NCBI GenBank assembly: GCA_008080945.1
Contig: VMDH01000027.1
Span: forward strand, 1-51,557
Direction of reading: 5' to 3'
Source of the DNA: Gammaproteobacteria bacterium
GTDB lineage: Bacteria > Pseudomonadota > Gammaproteobacteria > Magnimaribacterales > D2472
Length of the DNA stretch: 51,557 nucleotides
The position numbers and the translations under genes are program-made. The notes below the pieces were generated by a model that saw only the letters and a program-made list of their open reading frames with translations, was not told the DNA's origin and did no database searches. Positions 45,667 to 51,557 of the stretch are shown here, piece by piece. The stretch's first letter is position 1; each line of letters opens with the position of its first letter.

Positions 45667-46275
45667 CTAGTCTAAAAAACTGCCTAGGAAGGCATCAAGA
45701 TCTTCATTAATCTTGTCCATAACTTTTATAGCAGTGCTTGATCCAGATTCTCTGGCTTTATCAGGGATAGATTTCCTTTTATTTAGGATCATGACTAGGC
45801 CATGAGCCATTGCCCATTGCTGCATACCTTTCAGTTCAGTTTGCTCTTCATTAAGATTAAAGGCCCTGGCTATGATTTTTTTTAGAGTTTGAAAACAGGT
45901 TTCAGCGGCTTCTTCTAAGCCAGAGAATTCTGAAAAATCTTTGATACTATCGCTAAACATAAGATTATAGGTATTAAGATTATTCAATCCAAATTCTATA
46001 TATGTTCTACCAGATGCTATATGCCGCTCTCTTTCAGAGTTAAATTCACCATCTAGAACTTTTAGAAGATCCTTGGTTAGATTCTTAAAACCTTCTTCGG
46101 CTATACAAGCAAGTAATTCTTGTTTGGTTGCAAAGTGCCGATAGGGAGCAGTTTGGGAAACCTTTGCTTTTTTTGCCAGGCCGCGAAGAGAAAGAGCATC
46201 TGCTCCTTCATTCTCGCAGGTCTCACAAGCACAATCTAGCAGTACTTGTTTGAGGTTTCCGTGGTGATATTTCAT
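45667..46275 (-). CDS. TetR/AcrR-family transcriptional regulator
   Basis: YHHGNL start, LSLRGLA..AKVSQTAPYRHF HTH, and WAMAHG. Confidence 0.92.
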   Translation of the reverse strand: MKYHHGNLKQVLLDCACETCENEGADALSLRGLAKKAKVSQTAPYRHFATKQELLACIAEEGFKNLTKDLLKVLDGEFNSERERHIASGRTYIEFGLNNLNTYNLMFSDSIKDFSEFSGLEEAAETCFQTLKKIIARAFNLNEEQTELKGMQQWAMAHGLVMILNKRKSIPDKARESGSSTAIKVMDKINEDLDAFLGSFLD

Positions 46276-46279
46276 AATA

Positions 46280-46298
46280 ATGTTGACACTGTAAACAT
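46280..46298. promoter_or_regulatory. TetR operator 1 ATGTTGACA-C-TGTAAACAT, overlapping a TTGACA -35 (TAATAT at 46305-46310)
   Basis: 19-bp near-perfect palindrome between tetR and the MFP gene. Confidence 0.8.
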
Positions 46299-46308
46299 TT
46301 AATATAAT

Positions 46309-46327
46309 ATGTTTACACTGAGTACAT
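46309..46327. promoter_or_regulatory. TetR operator 2 (degenerate) ATGTTTACA-C-TGAGTACAT
   Basis: Second copy starting 29 bp after operator 1. Confidence 0.65.
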
Positions 46328-46356
46328 TATACTTAAATAATATTAAAAATCCTTAA

Positions 46357-47379
46357 ATGAAAAGTTTATTACACACTCAACAATTCCTATCCATTTTTTT
46401 GTTAGCTAGCACCGCTATTTTTACAAATTCATTAAAGGCTTTACCAAGTTCGTTAGAGCTCTTAAATTTAAGCATCCAAGATAGTTATACCGTATCCAGG
46501 AGAATTTCTGGAAGAATGTTGCCTAAAAATCAATCCATGCTGTCTTTTGAAATTCAGGGAAGAATATTGTCTTTTCCTGCAGATATTGGAGATGCTGTAA
46601 AAGCTGGCGATGTTCTTGCATCACTAGATGCCAGCGAAATCCAGGCCAACTTTAATCAAGCTAAGGCCCAGCAAAAATTAACTAGCTTGGCTTTAGATAG
46701 ATTTAAGGATCTCAAGGAGGATGGCTTTGTATCTTCACAAGAATTGGACAGAGCTTTGGCTGAGTATGATATTGCTAGCTCTCAAGTAGAGTTTTTCTCT
46801 GTTAAATTACGTCAGTCTCAACTTATTGCTCCTTTTGATGGATTAGTGCAGCAAAGATTTTATGATCCTGGTTCAATGGTTAACCCAATGCAGCCGGTTC
46901 TTGAGCTGATTGATTCTAAGGGAGTTGAGGGGCATATTTCAGTGCCGCAAAAGTATCTAGCGTTGCTAGAGATTGGTGCAAGCTATGCATTTGATATTTC
47001 CGGTAAAACCATTAATGCAACCTTAGAACGACTTGCGCCTATGACAAATGTTGGTTCTGGGAATAGGCTGGCAATTTTTTCTTTTCCACAATTTATTGCT
47101 CCCGGGGAGGTAGTAAACCTTCTGCTTAAAACTCAAATCAAAACTATTGGAGCATGGGTTCCCCTAAGTGCACTTTCTCAAGGCAATCAAGGGCTATGGA
47201 ATATTTATACCCTTGTTGATAATCAAGATGGCAGTAAATCTGTTGCAAGAGAAATAGTTTCTTTGGAATACACAGACGGCACTTATGCCTTCATTTCAGG
47301 AACTATAAAGAGCGGGGATCAAGTTATCACTGGGGGAGCATCCAAGGTTATTGAGGGACAACGCTTCCTTAATCAATGA
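46357..47379 (+). CDS. RND efflux periplasmic adaptor (MFP)
   Basis: GD.VKAGDVLASLD lipoyl half-motif, alpha-hairpin and LIAPFDG. Confidence 0.9.
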   Translation: MKSLLHTQQFLSIFLLASTAIFTNSLKALPSSLELLNLSIQDSYTVSRRISGRMLPKNQSMLSFEIQGRILSFPADIGDAVKAGDVLASLDASEIQANFNQAKAQQKLTSLALDRFKDLKEDGFVSSQELDRALAEYDIASSQVEFFSVKLRQSQLIAPFDGLVQQRFYDPGSMVNPMQPVLELIDSKGVEGHISVPQKYLALLEIGASYAFDISGKTINATLERLAPMTNVGSGNRLAIFSFPQFIAPGEVVNLLLKTQIKTIGAWVPLSALSQGNQGLWNIYTLVDNQDGSKSVAREIVSLEYTDGTYAFISGTIKSGDQVITGGASKVIEGQRFLNQ

Positions 47380-50300
47380 AATTTTTAGACCTGCTTATTG
47401 ATCGTCCTAGAGTTTTTGCTTTGCTCTTGGCTTTTATATGTTTGGCTGGTTTTCTATCGCTAAATACTCTCCCAAGACAAGAAAATCCTGAGCTAGCCCA
47501 ACGCTGGTCAACAGTTCAATCCGTCTATCGGGGAGCATCACCCATTAGAATTAATACGCAGGTCTTAGATCCACTTGAGGCAAAACTTAGAGAAGTTCAA
47601 GAGATTAAAGAGATCCAGTCCGTTGCATCGGAAGGTTTTGCATCCACTGCAATTGAATTAAAGGATACTGTAGACCCAGAGCTTATTGAGCAAGTATGGT
47701 CGGAAGTACAAGATAAAATTGATCAGGCAAAATTCTTACTTCCTGCCGAAGTGGATCCCCAATTAATCAGATCCAGTGGTCCGCCAACCACATTGCTTTA
47801 TGCAATCAACTGGAATGGAGAGGGAGAAACCCCAATCATTTTATTATCACGAGTTGCAGAAGATCTAAAGAACAGACTGGCATATAGCGGTGCAACGGAT
47901 AAAACTTTTCTATACGGGGCTGCTAATGAAGAGGTGATTATTTCAATCGACAGCCAAAAGTTATCTTTGCTTGACTTAACCTTTACAGAGATAGCCAACA
48001 TTTTAAATTCATTTGATAACAAAAAACCCATCGGGATCAATACCTCTGGCTCATCCCAGATCTTAATAAAATCTCAAGATAATTTGGAATCATTGGACGA
48101 GATAAAGCAAATTCCAATCAAGACCATCTCAGGCTCCGAAATAATTAGACTTGAAGATATCGCATCATCTATTCAGCTCTTGCCTCAAACTCCATCTGAA
48201 GAAATTATCTTACATAATGGTAAGAGATCTGTTTTAGTTGATATTAGGGGTGCCTTTCGTCAGCGCATGGATTCTTATGCATCTCTTATAGAAGATACTG
48301 TTGAAGATTTTCGCTCAACGACCCCTCCAGAGATCAGTATTGTGAAAATCTACAATGAATCTCTCTTTTTAGAGAATAAATTCACAGACCTCTCGGTAAG
48401 CATATTTTTTGCTACTAACATTGTAATTTTGCTGAGTTATTTATTGCTGGGTCTGCGCTCAGCTTTAATTGTAGGGATCACGCTGCCTTTAACAATTTTT
48501 TTAGTTTTATTTGGATGCAAGGTCATTGGTTTGCCATTGCATCAAACATCCATGACTGGAATTATTATTGCGCTTGGTTTGTTGATTGATAACTCAATTA
48601 TTATGGTTGAGGATTATAAATTCAGAAGAAAATCTGGACATCCTCCTAGGGCATCTGCGCATCTGAGTTTGCAGCATCTTTGGATACCATTAGCAGCCGC
48701 TACTGCCACAACCGCATTTGCTTTCTTCCCCATAGTAGCTGGGAAGGGGCCCAGTGCAGAATTTGTCGGAGGCATGGGTATTACAGTTATCTTATCAATT
48801 ACTGCTTCATTCTTTCTTGCTTTATTTGTTGTTCCAGTCTTTCTTAATCTCATTGAAAAGGTATCTTTTTTTCAAGGCAAAGATCTTTTCAGTGAGGGAT
48901 ACTCCAATCCTGATTTAACCAATGCTTACCGAAACTTTCTCCAATGGTCTTTCAGTAAACCAAAAAGAGCAATTCTGATAGCATTCGTATTGCCAGGGCT
49001 TGGGTTTCTTGCATTCCCTTTTTTAAAACAAGATTTCTTTCCTGAGCTTGATAGGCCTATGTTTAAAGTTCTGGTTGAGCTTCCTGAAAATACTTCTGCG
49101 GAGGGTTCTGAGCAACGCCTGAAAGAACTCTCAAAAGATATTAATGAAACTCTTGGACTTGAAGTCCAGGATGAAGTTTGGTTCGTTGGCAGAAAAATGC
49201 CAAGAGTTTTATACAACGTTATTGGTGGTGATTCTCCCTTGGGATCCAATAATGTTGCCGAAGGTTTTTTTATGGTTAAGAGCTACACGGCTATGATGGA
49301 AAGAATTCCAAGTCTTGGAAGAGAGCTTGCTAAAAATAATCCTGACTTAAAAGTTATTACGGATAAGTTCGATTCAGGTCCCCCAGTCTTTGCAAGCATT
49401 GAATATAGGATTCTTGGCGATGATATTGAAATCTTAAGAGAGCTTGGTCAACAGTTTGAGTTGATTCTTTCAGATGCACCAGATGTTTTTTTAACGAAGT
49501 CAGATTTGTCTGCGATCACCACAAATTTTGAGTTTTCGTTTAATAATGAAAATATCAGCTTAAGCCCCATTGATGGATCGCTCATATTAAACGAATTATC
49601 TATCTCAAATGAGGGCCGCTATGTTGGAACCTTAATTCAAGGATCCAAAGAGATTCCAATAAAAATATTGAGTAATCAAAGCTCTAATCCTATTCAAGGC
49701 ATAGAGGATCTATCATTTCCAGGCTTATCCGAAACCCAAAATATTTCCTCTTTTGGCGATTTTAAAGTTACTAGCAGACCTAATTTCATAAACCGATTTC
49801 AAGGTATAAAGCAAAACGGAGTGAGGGCATGGATTTGGCCTGATAAGCTTGCCTCAGATACTGAAAAAATAATTCAAGAAGCTGTTACAAATTTTAGCAA
49901 TGATTTGCCTGAGGGCTATCAATTGGTATTGTCAGGAGAGGCTGATGCTCGTTCAAGATCTCAATCTAATTTATTCTCAACAGCTTTTTTATTTATTATT
50001 TTGATTATTGTATCTTTGGTTGCTGCATTGAATTCATTTAGGCAGGCCGGATTAATTTTAAGTGTAGCTATCTTATGCGTTGGCTTAGCTTTTGTTGGTC
50101 TAACAATCGGGCAAGCTAATTTTGGTTTCATTGGTCTAGTTGGAGCAGTAGGCTTAATTGGTCTTTCTATTAATGATTCAATTGTCGTGCTGTCTCACAT
50201 TAAAGAAGCAAACCAAAATAATAATCTGGACTTGAATGGTTTAGTTGAAGTAGTAATCCGTTCTACTCGACATGTTCTAACCACTACAGTGACAACTCTG

Positions 50301-50450
50301 GGAGGTTTTTTACCTCTTTTAATAACTAGCATCTTCTTTCAGCCGCTTGCATGGGCGATGAGTGGTGGAATTTTTGGAGCAACAATTATTGCCCTTCTTT
50401 ATATTCCTGGAGCTTATGTAGCATCTAAAGGACTCCATAAAACAGTCTAA
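47376..50450 (+). CDS. RND-family efflux permease
   Basis: 1024 aa with the RND two-repeat topology. ALGLLIDNSIIMVE (TM4) and RHVLTTTVTTLGGFLPL (TM11). Confidence 0.92.
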   Translation: MKFLDLLIDRPRVFALLLAFICLAGFLSLNTLPRQENPELAQRWSTVQSVYRGASPIRINTQVLDPLEAKLREVQEIKEIQSVASEGFASTAIELKDTVDPELIEQVWSEVQDKIDQAKFLLPAEVDPQLIRSSGPPTTLLYAINWNGEGETPIILLSRVAEDLKNRLAYSGATDKTFLYGAANEEVIISIDSQKLSLLDLTFTEIANILNSFDNKKPIGINTSGSSQILIKSQDNLESLDEIKQIPIKTISGSEIIRLEDIASSIQLLPQTPSEEIILHNGKRSVLVDIRGAFRQRMDSYASLIEDTVEDFRSTTPPEISIVKIYNESLFLENKFTDLSVSIFFATNIVILLSYLLLGLRSALIVGITLPLTIFLVLFGCKVIGLPLHQTSMTGIIIALGLLIDNSIIMVEDYKFRRKSGHPPRASAHLSLQHLWIPLAAATATTAFAFFPIVAGKGPSAEFVGGMGITVILSITASFFLALFVVPVFLNLIEKVSFFQGKDLFSEGYSNPDLTNAYRNFLQWSFSKPKRAILIAFVLPGLGFLAFPFLKQDFFPELDRPMFKVLVELPENTSAEGSEQRLKELSKDINETLGLEVQDEVWFVGRKMPRVLYNVIGGDSPLGSNNVAEGFFMVKSYTAMMERIPSLGRELAKNNPDLKVITDKFDSGPPVFASIEYRILGDDIEILRELGQQFELILSDAPDVFLTKSDLSAITTNFEFSFNNENISLSPIDGSLILNELSISNEGRYVGTLIQGSKEIPIKILSNQSSNPIQGIEDLSFPGLSETQNISSFGDFKVTSRPNFINRFQGIKQNGVRAWIWPDKLASDTEKIIQEAVTNFSNDLPEGYQLVLSGEADARSRSQSNLFSTAFLFIILIIVSLVAALNSFRQAGLILSVAILCVGLAFVGLTIGQANFGFIGLVGAVGLIGLSINDSIVVLSHIKEANQNNNLDLNGLVEVVIRSTRHVLTTTVTTLGGFLPLLITSIFFQPLAWAMSGGIFGATIIALLYIPGAYVASKGLHKTV

Positions 50451-50505
50451 ATCCTTGATTACTTAATTAAAGTAAGTAAGGATAAGAAATACATTGGAGA
50501 AAATA

Positions 50506-50928
50506 ATGAAATTTAAAGTTTTACTTTCAACTTCTTTTTTAGCATTAAGTTTTAATCTGCTTGCATTTAATGTAACTGGAGATAGCTTTAAGTCTAAATT
50601 TGAAATTACATCCATTACTGTTGGAGCTGATCACAGCACTATTAATGCAACTAGTGCAGCTGCAGGTCAGTACGGAAAGGTATATTTATCCTATACATTA
50701 ACCTCAAACGATACTGCAAGAAATCAGGGTACTTTTGAAGGACATGGAAGAGGAATCAGTCCAGAAGGCGACTTAGCTGCAGGAGTGCTCAAAGGCGTTT
50801 GGACAAGAGACGGAAAAGTAATTTCAATCAAGTCTTTAGATGATGTCACTGACGGAGTTAACTACATGCAGGGCGAGATTGATTTAATTTCAGGCGAGAT
50901 CAATATTGAAGTCTTCAAGGTAGACTGA
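50506..50928 (+). CDS. Hypothetical exported beta-rich protein
   Basis: GGAG RBS before ATG 50506. Sec signal (MKFKVLL...LLA). Gly/Thr/Ser-rich mature part. Confidence 0.7.
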   Translation: MKFKVLLSTSFLALSFNLLAFNVTGDSFKSKFEITSITVGADHSTINATSAAAGQYGKVYLSYTLTSNDTARNQGTFEGHGRGISPEGDLAAGVLKGVWTRDGKVISIKSLDDVTDGVNYMQGEIDLISGEINIEVFKVD

Positions 50929-50940
50929 GGGAATATAGCT

Positions 50941-51291
50941 ATGATTTCTATTGAAGCTAAAAATTTTGATAACCCTGATGAAGTTAATGAAAACTTCAAT
51001 AATGCAAAAATCGAATCTGTGAACATCAGAGGGCAGAGAGTAAATAAACTTACTTTGCAGCCTGCATGGAAATGGTCTGTAGATGTTCAACCCAACATTG
51101 GTACTGATTCATGTCAGGCAAGCCATCTTGGCTTAATGGTATCTGGTGCAATTTGTTGTGTGCATGATGATGGAACAGAGGTCACTTATAAGGCAGGAGA
51201 TGCATATTCTATTGCGCCAGGTCATGATGCATGGGTTGTCAGTGATGAGGTGGCTGTCGCCTACGAGTTTGCTGGAATGTGGGGTGAGTAA
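50941..51291 (+). CDS. Cupin-domain protein
   Basis: LQPAWKWS, CQASHLG and GDAYSIAPGHDAWVV. GAGG RBS. Confidence 0.82.
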   Translation: MISIEAKNFDNPDEVNENFNNAKIESVNIRGQRVNKLTLQPAWKWSVDVQPNIGTDSCQASHLGLMVSGAICCVHDDGTEVTYKAGDAYSIAPGHDAWVVSDEVAVAYEFAGMWGE

Positions 51292-51297
51292 AACTCT

Positions 51298-51557
51298 TTA
51301 GGATTTTGGAGCTGGGGTATTTTCTCTGCCAAACGGCCAGAAAGAGAACCCTTGCTCCTCTTCTTTTCTGGAAGGAGAAATATTAAAGTTCTCTGCGATT
51401 ATTAAATCGATATCCTTTTCAAGCTCTAGATAGTCGAGCTCTCTATAGCAAGTCTTCAAAATTTGCAGGGCTCTTAAGTTTTCACTGGAATTGGGTATGT
51501 TCTCAATAACATACTTTGCCCTTCTGATCGCAGCTACATATGCACCTCTTCTTACAT
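51298..51557 (-). CDS. bamD: Outer-membrane assembly factor BamD, C-terminal part (gene begins beyond the window)
   Basis: Hand translation VRRGAYVAAIRRAKYVIENIPNS...ALQILKTCYREL...PAPKS* resembles the BamD C-terminal TPRs. Absent from the ORF track. Confidence 0.75.
   Translation of the reverse strand, partial: VRRGAYVAAIRRAKYVIENIPNSSENLRALQILKTCYRELDYLELEKDIDLIIAENFNISPSRKEEEQGFSFWPFGRENTPAPKS

Overview
A densely packed, AT-rich chromosomal segment from a streamlined gammaproteobacterium. Gene content, tiny spacers and frequent gene overlaps suggest a marine SAR86-like organism (inference). Most genes are housekeeping: oxyR/katG, coaD, mutM, tolC, thiC-parE-parC, argD, PPi-type PFK, mpl, rsfS-rlmH-mrdA-rodA-mltB-dac-dat, aroQ-accB-accC-leuS-lptE-holA, ilvD-hemB-trxA-rho, hemCD, rsmD and a partial bamD. 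Accessory blocks are a TauD/OYE/TauE cluster and a TetR/MFP/RND efflux cassette. I saw no rRNA, tRNA, CRISPR array or mobile element. The most notable signal is a split efflux regulon. The 19-bp palindrome, with an embedded sigma70 promoter, between tetR and the MFP-RND genes (46280-46310) recurs about 37 kb away upstream of tolC (8831-8861, 27/31 nt identical). There the promoter is followed by an unannotated 39-aa single-pass membrane ORF (8692-8811) ending 4 nt before tolC. This is a candidate small accessory subunit or regulator of a tripartite pump.
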